DNA of 40,062 nucleotides, from positions 1-40,062 of the forward strand of contig JAJCZT010000050.1 of the NCBI GenBank assembly GCA_029262255.1, written 5' to 3'. Each line of letters opens with the position of its first letter. The stretch's first letter is position 1. This document shows positions 28,787-37,067 of this stretch, in pieces. Under the pieces are notes generated by a model. The model worked only from the letters and a program-made list of their open reading frames with translations. It ran no database searches and was not told the DNA's origin. The stretch is from Deltaproteobacteria bacterium (GTDB lineage: Bacteria; Desulfobacterota_D; UBA1144; Nemesobacterales; UBA2774). Both the position numbers and the translations under genes were made by a program.

Positions 28787-30076
28787 TTATTGACGGAGTT
28801 CATCTATAATTTTAAAAAAGCCCGGATAAGAAACAGAAACGCACTCAGCGTCCAGTATCTGGGTTTCTCCTTTGGCTCGGGTTCCCGCAATCGCGATAGA
28901 CATTGCTATTCTATGGTCGCCCCAGCTCGAACATACGGCCCCCGTTAAAGATCGAGACCCATGAATAGACATGCCATCCTCAAATTCTAAAACCCGGGCG
29001 CCCAATTTTCCAAGTTCTGTTGCCATAGCCTTAATCCTATCTGTTTCTTTTACTCTAAGTTCTTTAGCGTCTCTGATTCTAGTCTCCCCCTCTGCAAAAC
29101 ATGCAGCCACAGCAGCAATAGGCAGTTCATCGATTGCTTTAGGTATAAGCTCCCCACTAATTTCAGTTCCGTGAAGATCACTTGAACGAGTCAGAATATC
29201 TCCGATAGGCTCTTTGTTTACCTCTCTTTGATTTATTATCTCAATATCCCCACCCATATTTTGTAAGATATCAATTATTCCTGTTCTTAGGGGGCTAATA
29301 CCCACGTTCTTTATCAGGACTTCTGAACCCGGGGTAATGAGTGCCGCAACTATGAAAAAAGCCGCAGAAGATATGTCTGCCGGGACGATGATCTCGCCAG
29401 GGTTGATTTCCTGGGTTTTATTAATTTTGATGCTATTGCCGTTTTTTTGAATAGCGACCCCGAGATAAGAGAGCATTCTTTCGGTGTGATCTCTTGAAGG
29501 TTCAGGTTCAATTACTTCAGTTTCTCCATCAGCGTAAAGTCCGGCAAGAAGAATAGCCGATTTTACCTGAGCACTCGCAACCGGTAGTTCATAACGAATT
29601 CCTTTGAGTTTTTTGCCGGTTATTGTTAGAGGTAGTTTGTTCCCATCCTCTTTTCCTTCAATCTGGGCTCCCATTAAAGAGAGCGGGCCGACAACTCTTC
29701 TCATTGGTCTTGCTTGGAGATATTTATCCCCGTCTAAGATAGAAGTAAATGTCTGAGCGCTTAAAAGCCCGGTTAGCAGCCTTGTAGTTGTACCGGAGTT
29801 GCCGCAGTCTATAACTTTTTCAGGCTCACTAAGACCATATAACCCCTTTCCGGTGATATCTACCTGAGTTCCGTTAATTCCGATTGTAATTCCAAGAGCC
29901 CTCATTGCGTTTGCGGTTGAGAGCGTATCATCAGAAATTAAAAAGTCCTTAACTACTGAATGTCCATTTGCTAAAGAGCCTAGTATTAAGGATCTGTGGG
30001 AAATAGACTTATCTCCGGGCGGGGTAATCTCCCCTCTAAAAGGGGTTGAACTGCCTTTAATTATTTTTTTGGACAT
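28787..30076 (-). CDS. aroA: 3-phosphoshikimate 1-carboxyvinyltransferase (EPSP synthase)
   Basis: 429 aa with PGDKSISHR, CGNSGTTTRLLTG, RPM.R and DHRIAMS motifs. Confidence 0.9.
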   Translation of the reverse strand: MSKKIIKGSSTPFRGEITPPGDKSISHRSLILGSLANGHSVVKDFLISDDTLSTANAMRALGITIGINGTQVDITGKGLYGLSEPEKVIDCGNSGTTTRLLTGLLSAQTFTSILDGDKYLQARPMRRVVGPLSLMGAQIEGKEDGNKLPLTITGKKLKGIRYELPVASAQVKSAILLAGLYADGETEVIEPEPSRDHTERMLSYLGVAIQKNGNSIKINKTQEINPGEIIVPADISSAAFFIVAALITPGSEVLIKNVGISPLRTGIIDILQNMGGDIEIINQREVNKEPIGDILTRSSDLHGTEISGELIPKAIDELPIAAVAACFAEGETRIRDAKELRVKETDRIKAMATELGKLGARVLEFEDGMSIHGSRSLTGAVCSSWGDHRIAMSIAIAGTRAKGETQILDAECVSVSYPGFFKIIDELRQ

Positions 30077-30170
30077 ATCATGAGTTTTAAGAATATACTT
30101 TAAAGACTATTTTGCCTGATAATTGTCATAGGTAAAATTGTATTACTTATACTCAAAAAGGAAGCCTGTG

Positions 30171-31166
30171 ATGATTGAACAGTATAGAGCTGGATTAAGC
30201 GGCTATTTTTTTATATTAATTTTTGTTTTGATTCCGCTCTTTTCGATAGCGGAGATGAGCGGGGCGGCTCTTTGTGGTAAATGGAGCGAGGGCGAGAAAT
30301 CAGGAACACTCGATCATAATTTGATCAATGAGGCTTCAGGGATTGAGGCTTCAAATGAGTTCCCGGGCAGGCTTTATCATATAAATGATTCAGGGGGAGG
30401 ACAGTATTTTTACATTACCGATTCAAGAGGTAATAAGACACAGAAAATAAGGATAGAAGGAGTTCCTCCCAAGAGGTCTGACTTTGAAGATTTAAGTTTA
30501 GGCGGATGTCTTGAAAATAAATCATGCGTATTTATCGCTGACATCGGTGACAACCGTAAGAGAAGGGACTCTGTGGAGATCATTGTAATTGAAGAACTCG
30601 AAAAATACGGGCGCTCAGTTTATCCCCTTAAAAGACTGAAACTTGTCTATCCAGACCACTCTCACAATGCTGAAGGTATGGCAGTACATCCTAACGGAGA
30701 CATCTATATACTTACGAAAGAAGAAAAGCTTAAAGAAGATAATCTTAATGAATCAGAGGCTTATCCTGCGAAATTATACAGATTATCAAATGAGAAATGG
30801 CAAAACTCAGGAAATAAGGAGCAGCTCCTTGAATTTATTGCCGAAATAGATATTCCCTATATTAATCCCTCGGGAACGGTCTACGGACAGGTGATATCAG
30901 CATTTGATATTGCTCCCGATGGAAAGAGTTTTCTGGTGTTGACCTATGAGAATGCGTTTGAATTTAATACGGATCTTTCTCAATCAGGAATGAAGGAGTC
31001 TCGTCAATTAAAAAAAGGACAGGACTACAATGTGGTCGAGCTTAAGTCTTTGCCGCAGCAGGAAAGTATTTCTTATTTGCCCAATGGTAGGGGGCTTTTG
31101 TACAATACGGAATATCACTGGTTTGAGGCGCCTATCATAAAAGTTGAGTGTCTGGACGTCCGATAA
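30171..31166 (+). CDS. Exported hypothetical protein, possible beta-propeller (YjiK/SdiA-regulated- or phytase-like)
   Basis: ATG 30171 has AAAGGAAG 6 nt upstream, whereas the tracked TTG 30138 has no SD. The N-terminus is a hydrophobic signal/anchor. Recurrent EASGI, DFEDL and AEGMAV motifs suggest propeller blades. The family assignment is weak. Confidence 0.5.
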   Translation: MIEQYRAGLSGYFFILIFVLIPLFSIAEMSGAALCGKWSEGEKSGTLDHNLINEASGIEASNEFPGRLYHINDSGGGQYFYITDSRGNKTQKIRIEGVPPKRSDFEDLSLGGCLENKSCVFIADIGDNRKRRDSVEIIVIEELEKYGRSVYPLKRLKLVYPDHSHNAEGMAVHPNGDIYILTKEEKLKEDNLNESEAYPAKLYRLSNEKWQNSGNKEQLLEFIAEIDIPYINPSGTVYGQVISAFDIAPDGKSFLVLTYENAFEFNTDLSQSGMKESRQLKKGQDYNVVELKSLPQQESISYLPNGRGLLYNTEYHWFEAPIIKVECLDVR

Positions 31167-31168
31167 TT

Positions 31169-31984
31169 TCATTGCATCAGAAAAGCCAGAATAATCGGGG
31201 TTGTAATAATTGATATGATTGTTCCGGCCAATATTATGGACGCGACTGTTTTAGAGTCCTGGTTGTACTTTTCTGCCAGCACGAAATTAAATATTGCCGG
31301 CGGCATTGCGGATTGAAGAATAACAACCTTTGCAGCCACTCCTTCAAGTTTAAATATCCATACTACAAATACTCCAAGCATTACCCCGACAAATACTCTC
31401 ATACCGCCAATTAGAAAAGACCTGCCCGCATGAGTAATTTTTACTTCTGAGAGTTTATAGCCCAGAGCAAATATCATTGTCGGTATGCTTGCCTCTCCCA
31501 AAAGATCCACTGCCCTGAAAAGAGCAGTCGGGATTTGTACTTCTGATACGCTTAGCAGTACCCCTACTACTGCAGAATAGACAAGCGGCAATTTAAATAT
31601 TTCAAGCGGGCTCTTGTCGTAGTTTAAAATCATAATTCCCACTGTGTAGTGAAGAATTGTTGTGGAAACCATATAGAGTATTCCTACGTTGAATCCGGTT
31701 TCTCCAAATGCAAATAAAATTAAAGGAAGCCCCATATTGCCGGTATTGGCAAAGAGGATAGGCGGCAAATAAACCTTTATAGGCAAATTCAGTTTTTTTA
31801 CAGTCAGATAGCCTATAATAGATGAAACGCCTATAATTATGCATACCGAAATGAACACCGTGCCGGCAAGGCTTATTTCAATCGTATCCCTGGAAAGCGA
31901 TGAAATTATTAAAGCAGGAGTAGCAAGGTAGATTACAAAATCGTTTACCGAAGAAAGATCGATCTTTTTTCTTTTGCCGAACAA
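31169..31984 (-). CDS. AEC (auxin efflux carrier) family transporter; N-terminus probably extends to ~32044
   Basis: This is a polytopic membrane protein with the AEC-like architecture of two 5-helix halves. The frame stays open upstream to a TAA at 32099-32101 and encodes ISSQIINVVLPVFLIASIGFL, which looks like the family's first helix. See finding. Confidence 0.75.
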   Translation of the reverse strand: MFGKRKKIDLSSVNDFVIYLATPALIISSLSRDTIEISLAGTVFISVCIIIGVSSIIGYLTVKKLNLPIKVYLPPILFANTGNMGLPLILFAFGETGFNVGILYMVSTTILHYTVGIMILNYDKSPLEIFKLPLVYSAVVGVLLSVSEVQIPTALFRAVDLLGEASIPTMIFALGYKLSEVKITHAGRSFLIGGMRVFVGVMLGVFVVWIFKLEGVAAKVVILQSAMPPAIFNFVLAEKYNQDSKTVASIILAGTIISIITTPIILAFLMQ

Positions 31985-32164
31985 GAATCCGATAGATGCT
32001 ATTAGAAATACGGGAAGAACAACGTTTATAATTTGGCTTGAAATAGTTGCGAATCTCCTTTCAATCCCCGGAGTGATTTTTAGAGCAGGATATTCATTTT
32101 ACCAGAAAATATAACTTAGCTTAATATTTAGGGAGGGGATTAAAACATGAAACTTTTAAGGCTA

Positions 32165-33142
32165 CTACCATTTTGTTACTGAAGCGCCCCAAGTAAATCC
32201 GGCGCCGAACGCGGAGAAAACTACAATATCGCCCCTTTTCAACCTGCCGCTTTTAACCGCTTCATCAAGCGCAATAGGCACAGAGGCAGATGAAGTATTA
32301 CCGTATCTGTCCAGGTTACTAAATACTTTTTCCTCCGGCAATTCTAACCGCTTTCTAACCGCTTCAATGATTCTGTAGTTCGCCTGATGCGGTATTAATA
32401 GATCAATTTCATCGGGTGTAATCTCCGCCTGTTTAATAGCTTCAAGGGAGGATGATTGAAGGGCTTTTACAGCCTCTTTAAATACTTCTTTGCCTTCCAT
32501 CCGTAAAAAGTGACTGCCGTTCTTTAGGCTTTCTTCTGAAGTAGGCATACGAGACCCGCCTCCCGGCATGTAGAGGAGCTCCCAGTCATCCCCATTAGCC
32601 CCAAGACAGGAAGATAGTATCCCCGGGGTATCTGAAGCACTAAGGACTGCCGCACCAGCACCATCTCCGAATAAAATACACGTAGTTCGATCTTCATAAT
32701 TCATTATTTTTGATAACGTCTCAGCGCCGACTACCAGAAGATTTTTAGCACCCCCGCCTTGAATTAATCCCTTTGCCACATGCAGCGCGTATATAAATCC
32801 GGAACAACCTGCAAGCACGTCAAAGGCAAAGGCGTTCTTTGCCCCAAGGAGGCTTTGAAGTACACAAGCTGTGGAAGGGAAGATAAAATCAGGCGTAATT
32901 GTGCCGACTACTATGCCGTCAATGTCTTTGGGATCCATAGAGGCGTCTTCTAGCGCTTTTATTGACGCTTCATAGGCAAGATCAGATGAGGCAACTTCAG
33001 GCTCGGCTATTCTACGTTCAACTATACCGGTCCTTGAACGTATCCACTCATCGGAAGTATCTATCATCTTCTCGAAATCAGTGTTGGATAATACCTTTTC
33101 AGGCGCAGAAGAACCAATTCCCAGAAACTTTACAAAACTCAA
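32165..33142 (-). CDS. fabH: Beta-ketoacyl-ACP synthase III
   Basis: 325 aa with the active-site Cys context LAGCSGFIYAL, then HQANYRI and GNTSSASVPIAL. TTG start with AAGGAG 11 nt upstream. Confidence 0.9.
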   Translation of the reverse strand: MSFVKFLGIGSSAPEKVLSNTDFEKMIDTSDEWIRSRTGIVERRIAEPEVASSDLAYEASIKALEDASMDPKDIDGIVVGTITPDFIFPSTACVLQSLLGAKNAFAFDVLAGCSGFIYALHVAKGLIQGGGAKNLLVVGAETLSKIMNYEDRTTCILFGDGAGAAVLSASDTPGILSSCLGANGDDWELLYMPGGGSRMPTSEESLKNGSHFLRMEGKEVFKEAVKALQSSSLEAIKQAEITPDEIDLLIPHQANYRIIEAVRKRLELPEEKVFSNLDRYGNTSSASVPIALDEAVKSGRLKRGDIVVFSAFGAGFTWGASVTKW

Positions 33143-33159
33143 GTTTATTAATACTCCTT

Positions 33160-33189
33160 AAAAGCTGTAACTAGAAAAGCTGTAACTAG
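33160..33189. repeat. Perfect tandem duplication of a 15-bp unit (AAAAGCTGTAACTAG x2)
   Basis: Read directly: 33160-33174 equals 33175-33189. It abuts the fabH Shine-Dalgarno (CTCCTT at 33154-33159 on the plus strand). Confidence 0.9.
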
Positions 33190-33243
33190 GATATTACCAG
33201 TTATTGATGGGATATTATCAGGCAACCAATCTCTTTTGTCAAA

Positions 33244-33753
33244 CTACTTCGTGGCTTTATTAATCAGCGAATTTAACTGTGACTTATCCTCTTTGGTGAG
33301 CTCTATGGTTTTAGAGTATTCAATTTTTGTATTGAAAAATAGAATATCAAAATGATTTTGGTCTTTAAGTTTTTTAAGTAGGTCGATTTCTCCCACAGAT
33401 TCAGTGTTGAAGAAATATTCAAATTTAAATGAGGTATTAGAAACAGTATTTATCTCTATATGCATACCCAAAGACGGAAATTCCGGTCTTTCTATCAACT
33501 CAAAATTAAAAGTTAATCTGTTAATATTTTTGAGCAGTTTTATTTCTTCAAGAGAACTTTTTATTATAAGGGTTGCTTTATTGTTTAAAGAGACGAAAAT
33601 GCAGCCCGATTCTATTAGAGAAAGCGATATTTCGGTATCGAAAGATATATCTATATCTTCAAGTGTTTGACTAGAATTTTTAAGTAAGGGTTTTAATATT
33701 AGGGAAAGCAATTTAAATCTCCAAAATTGTAGACGATTGATATATAATAGCAT
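33244..33753 (-). CDS. Hypothetical protein (no recognisable family)
   Basis: This is a 169-codon ORF in very AT-rich DNA, where stop codons are frequent by chance, which argues for real coding. It is Asn/Lys/Ile/Phe-rich. No SD lies before ATG 33753 and I can recognise no motif. Confidence 0.45.
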   Translation of the reverse strand: MLLYINRLQFWRFKLLSLILKPLLKNSSQTLEDIDISFDTEISLSLIESGCIFVSLNNKATLIIKSSLEEIKLLKNINRLTFNFELIERPEFPSLGMHIEINTVSNTSFKFEYFFNTESVGEIDLLKKLKDQNHFDILFFNTKIEYSKTIELTKEDKSQLNSLINKATK

Positions 33754-33844
33754 TTTATATTACAATTATCGTTTTATTTCACATATTGGCTTATAAAATT
33801 TCAAGACATAGAGAAGATATTTGGCTGGTTTTACAAATTTTTGC

Positions 33845-33874
33845 TTGACATATATATATAAAATTTATTAGTAT
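33845..33874 (+). promoter_or_regulatory. Candidate sigma70-type promoter upstream of the 82-codon gene
   Basis: TTGACA (33845-33850), an 18-nt AT-rich spacer and TAGTAT (33869-33874). This would give a ~175-nt leader. Pattern match only. Confidence 0.3.
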
Positions 33875-34054
33875 CAAGGTATTGGTTAGATAAATCACAG
33901 TGATTGACCGATTATTTTTAGTGGGATTGAAATTAATTTGATGGGATTGGGATTAATACAGATTAAAACTAAACATGTTAAATATTGGGATTTATTCGAT
34001 CTTTAATATAGAGAAGTGTGATAGTATTAATAATTTAATAAGGAGGAGATAAAG

Positions 34055-34303
34055 ATGTGGACACTAATTATATTAGGTTTGGTGTTTTTAGGCTGGACTT
34101 TCTTAGCACCTCAGGGTGAGGCCGGAGAAGCAGCAGCAGCTGCAGACGAAGCGCCTCCACCTCCACCGGCACCTGCGGAACCTGCAACTGATGGCAGTGA
34201 ATTTGCTTCAGCTTCAGCGGATGCACCTGCAGAAGCAGCACCTGCCGAAGCGCCTGCCGAAGGTGGGGGCGGAGGAGACGACGATCCATTTAAGGCTCCG
34301 TAA
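34055..34303 (+). CDS. Small single-pass membrane protein with Ala/Pro/Glu/Gly-rich acidic tail
   Basis: AGGAGG (34041-34046) lies 8 nt before the ATG. The N-terminal helix is WTLIILGLVFLGWTFLA, followed by low complexity (AAAAADEAPPPPPAPAEP...APAEAAPAEAPAEGGGGGDDD). In this frame the third codon positions are mostly A/T (gca, cct, gaa), matching host bias, while positions 1-2 are GC-rich. Confidence 0.5.
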   Translation: MWTLIILGLVFLGWTFLAPQGEAGEAAAAADEAPPPPPAPAEPATDGSEFASASADAPAEAAPAEAPAEGGGGGDDDPFKAP

Positions 34304-34323
34304 ATAATAGGGACGAAATTTAA

Positions 34324-34349
34324 GATAGGCCTAATCAAAGGCCTCTATC
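34324..34349. terminator. Candidate bidirectional hairpin between convergent genes
   Basis: AGGCCT (34327-32) pairs with AGGCCT (34339-44) around a 6-nt loop. The stem is extendable by GAT/ATC across a 2-nt bulge. Flanking U-tracts are weak on both strands. Confidence 0.3.
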
Positions 34350-34372
34350 TATTAGAGTGGATTGGTTAGGCT

Positions 34373-35374
34373 TTATACTATTATTTCTTTTTTGGTTCTT
34401 ATTAAGAGCCAGAGGAAGAATATTCCTCCTATAAAAGCTGTAATTATTCCCACCGGAATTTCAACCGGAGAAATGATAGTTCTAGAAACTGTGTCGGCTG
34501 CGGTTAGAAATGCAGCTCCGAAAAGAAAAGAGCATGGCAGGATGATTCTATTGTCCACTCCCAATATCATTCTTAAGATATGGGGGATGATAAGTCCGAC
34601 AAACCCTATCGGGCCGGTTACTGAAATCACAGCTCCCGCCGCCAGGGATGTCGCAAAATAAATCTTCTTTTCCATCCTTCGGATATTTACTCCTAGCGAT
34701 GATGCTACATCATCGCCGAGACCAAACAAATTCATATCTTTTGTTGACGATAGCAATATTAAGCATCCGGGAATTACGAATATAAGAGTTTTCCAGACTG
34801 TATCGAATCCAACTACATCTAAGCTGCCCATGATCCAGCGCATTGTTTGAAGTGACTCCGTAAAGTTTGAAAAGAACTGTATAAACATCACTACTGCGGA
34901 ATAAAGGAAGTTAGCTACAACTCCCGCAAGCAGTAACCTTCCAGTAGCAACTACTCCCCCCACTTTTGAAACTGAATATACAAAAAGCATTGTCAGTATA
35001 GAAAAAATAAATGCGGAGATTGAAACCATCGAGAATCCCAAAATGCCTACTGCAAGACCAGATCTTAGAGCTAACAGCGCTCCCAGAGATGCTCCGCCTG
35101 AGATTCCAAGTGTAAAGGGCGACGCTAGCGGATTCCTAAACAGGGCCTGAAGAGCTGCTCCGGAAATTGCCAGAGTCCCTCCCGCAATTGATGCCATTAG
35201 CACTCTGGGGATTCTTATTTTTAAGAAGATTGTTTGAGATAATTCATCCATATTGGAGAAGGCCTCGAGAGGATCGATGCTGTATGTCCCGGTGAATATA
35301 GATATCAAGGCTACGATTATCCATAGAACGAATAACAGACCCACTGAGATTAAAAATTTTCTATTTGTGCTCAT
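34373..35374 (-). CDS. FecCD/BtuC-family ABC importer permease (iron-siderophore / heme / cobalamin type)
   Basis: 333 aa with ~10 helices. Typical FecCD patterns: RIPRVLMA...GG.LA.SGA..Q..FRNPLASP..LGISGGA, and C-terminal GIITAFIGGIFFLWLL. Confidence 0.85.
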   Translation of the reverse strand: MSTNRKFLISVGLLFVLWIIVALISIFTGTYSIDPLEAFSNMDELSQTIFLKIRIPRVLMASIAGGTLAISGAALQALFRNPLASPFTLGISGGASLGALLALRSGLAVGILGFSMVSISAFIFSILTMLFVYSVSKVGGVVATGRLLLAGVVANFLYSAVVMFIQFFSNFTESLQTMRWIMGSLDVVGFDTVWKTLIFVIPGCLILLSSTKDMNLFGLGDDVASSLGVNIRRMEKKIYFATSLAAGAVISVTGPIGFVGLIIPHILRMILGVDNRIILPCSFLFGAAFLTAADTVSRTIISPVEIPVGIITAFIGGIFFLWLLIRTKKEIIV

Positions 35375-35422
35375 ATTGTATAGACCAAACCCGGTCTCTT
35401 CACTGACAACTGTAAGGGCAAG

Positions 35423-36196
35423 TTATAGATTAGGGAAGACAAATACCCTCCCGTTTTCCTTTCTTACTATTACCTCGATTCCGTAAGCAGTGCTCAGTAT
35501 TTCATTGTTAATAATCTGATCCGTTTTTCCCTGCGCCAGAACACTACCGTCTTTAAGTATCATAATTTCATCAAAGTAGAGTAGTGAGGAGAATATATCG
35601 TGGGTAGCGGCAAGTACTGAAATTCCCCTTTCTTCTTTAAGCTCCCTCAGTATATTCATAACCTCGGTTCTATGCTTCACATCAAGATAAGTAGCCGGCT
35701 CATCTAAAATCATAATCTCGGGTTCTTGTACGAGTCCACGCGCTATCGACGCAAGTTGTCTTTCACCTGCCGAGACTTCACTTATCAGCCGGTCTTTGAG
35801 ATGGAGTATGCCGACGGTATGCAAAGCTCTTTTGGCTATTTCTTTGTCTTCTTCTCTTTCAAATTCGAATCTGCCAATATATGGAGCTCTTCCCATTAGA
35901 ACAACTTCGTTTACCGTGAACGGAAACGCAAACATGGGGTCTTGGGGAATATAGGCGATGCCCTTTGCAATATCCCTTCTATCCATTTTAGAGAGCGCTT
36001 TATCGTTGAAGAACGCCTCTCCGTTTTTTGGTTTCAATACTCCGCACAAGATTTTAAGGAGGGTCGATTTCCCTGCCCCGTTTGCCCCCAAAATCCCTAC
36101 CATTTTGCCCGGGGCAATTGACAGATCAATTCCGTCTAGAACGTCGGTTCCGTTATAAGAGAAGCCGAGGTTGCTGCAATTAATTATTGTTGCCAT
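35423..36196 (-). CDS. ABC importer ATPase (FecE/BtuD type)
   Basis: Walker A GANGAGKSTLLK, signature VSAGERQ and Walker B MILDEPATYLD. Its start overlaps the upstream binding-protein gene by 17 nt. Confidence 0.85.
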   Translation of the reverse strand: MATIINCSNLGFSYNGTDVLDGIDLSIAPGKMVGILGANGAGKSTLLKILCGVLKPKNGEAFFNDKALSKMDRRDIAKGIAYIPQDPMFAFPFTVNEVVLMGRAPYIGRFEFEREEDKEIAKRALHTVGILHLKDRLISEVSAGERQLASIARGLVQEPEIMILDEPATYLDVKHRTEVMNILRELKEERGISVLAATHDIFSSLLYFDEIMILKDGSVLAQGKTDQIINNEILSTAYGIEVIVRKENGRVFVFPNL

Positions 36197-37064
36197 ATTT
36201 TTCTTTTATTTCAGGATGTAAAATTTCAGCTAATACCCTGGCGCCTTCAACAATCCTTTGGCTCGGATGAAGGAGGACTTTGCTTGAGAGTATGAAGACT
36301 TGGTTGTTTCTGACGGCGTCTACCTGTTTGAGATTACTCCAGGTATCTAAAATTTCATCTTCTCTGTCTATCTTCAGATGGTTTATTTCGATTATAACTT
36401 CCGGATTGAAGGAATAAACAGCCTCTTTAGTAATCTTGATTGAGGTTCTTTCATTTTCTACCACGTTTTCTCCGCCGGCCAAAGTGATGAGCTCATCCAT
36501 ATAATTATTCGTTCCTATAACGTATATGTCTTCGAGTGTTCCAGGATTTCTTCCCACCACTAATAGCACTCTCTTCTTTTTAGTATTGTTCGTTTTCTGA
36601 TTGACTTCATTAAGACTTGACTCGATACTAAGAGTTAATTTTTTTGCCTCTTCTTTTTCTCCAAGAATTTCACCCAAGTCTGATATCGCTTGTATTATGT
36701 CCTTGATTGAATCATTGCTTTTAGCTGTAAATGTCTTAAGACCGAGATTCCGCAGTTTATCTCCGAAACTGAGATCCTGGTCTTTCATTAAGACAACCAG
36801 ATCAGGTTTTAAAGCCATAACGGCTTCATAATTGGGGTTAATCCATCCACCCACTTTAGATAAGTCTTTGACCTGAGGGGGAAATTCGTCGTAAATGGTT
36901 ACACCTACAACCTGATCCAAATATCCCAATGCGTAGATAACTTGAGTCAGGTTCGGAGATAACGAAACAATACGCTTAGGGCTATCGTTTGCGAAGCTAT
37001 ATAGGCTTGCTATAAATATAATTAAGGTTGTTAAGAGTACTCTAAAAGCTATCTTTTTGATCAT
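36180..37064 (-). CDS. Periplasmic substrate-binding protein, class III (BtuF/FhuD/TroA-like), with signal peptide
   Basis: The N-terminus MIKKIAFRVLLTTLIIFIASLYSFA is followed by RIVSLSPNLTQVIYALG and KPDLVV, the hallmark opening of PBP-type-2 (PF01497-like) proteins. Confidence 0.8.
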   Translation of the reverse strand: MIKKIAFRVLLTTLIIFIASLYSFANDSPKRIVSLSPNLTQVIYALGYLDQVVGVTIYDEFPPQVKDLSKVGGWINPNYEAVMALKPDLVVLMKDQDLSFGDKLRNLGLKTFTAKSNDSIKDIIQAISDLGEILGEKEEAKKLTLSIESSLNEVNQKTNNTKKKRVLLVVGRNPGTLEDIYVIGTNNYMDELITLAGGENVVENERTSIKITKEAVYSFNPEVIIEINHLKIDREDEILDTWSNLKQVDAVRNNQVFILSSKVLLHPSQRIVEGARVLAEILHPEIKEKYGNNN

Positions 37065-37067
37065 TTC

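Noticed and set aside
33941-34006. 21-codon upstream ORF (MGLGLIQIKTKHVKYWDLFDL) covering the TGGGATT repeats
   Set aside because: It has no Shine-Dalgarno. The reading frame is most simply a by-product of the repeated heptamer. There is no evidence for a leader peptide.
34068-34338. Three overlapping ORFs (34068..34289 -, 34111..34338 -, 34116..34307 +) across the GC-rich block
   Set aside because: They are open only because GC-rich sequence lacks stop codons. None has an SD or a sensible N-terminus. Only the 34055 frame shows host-like A/T bias at third positions.
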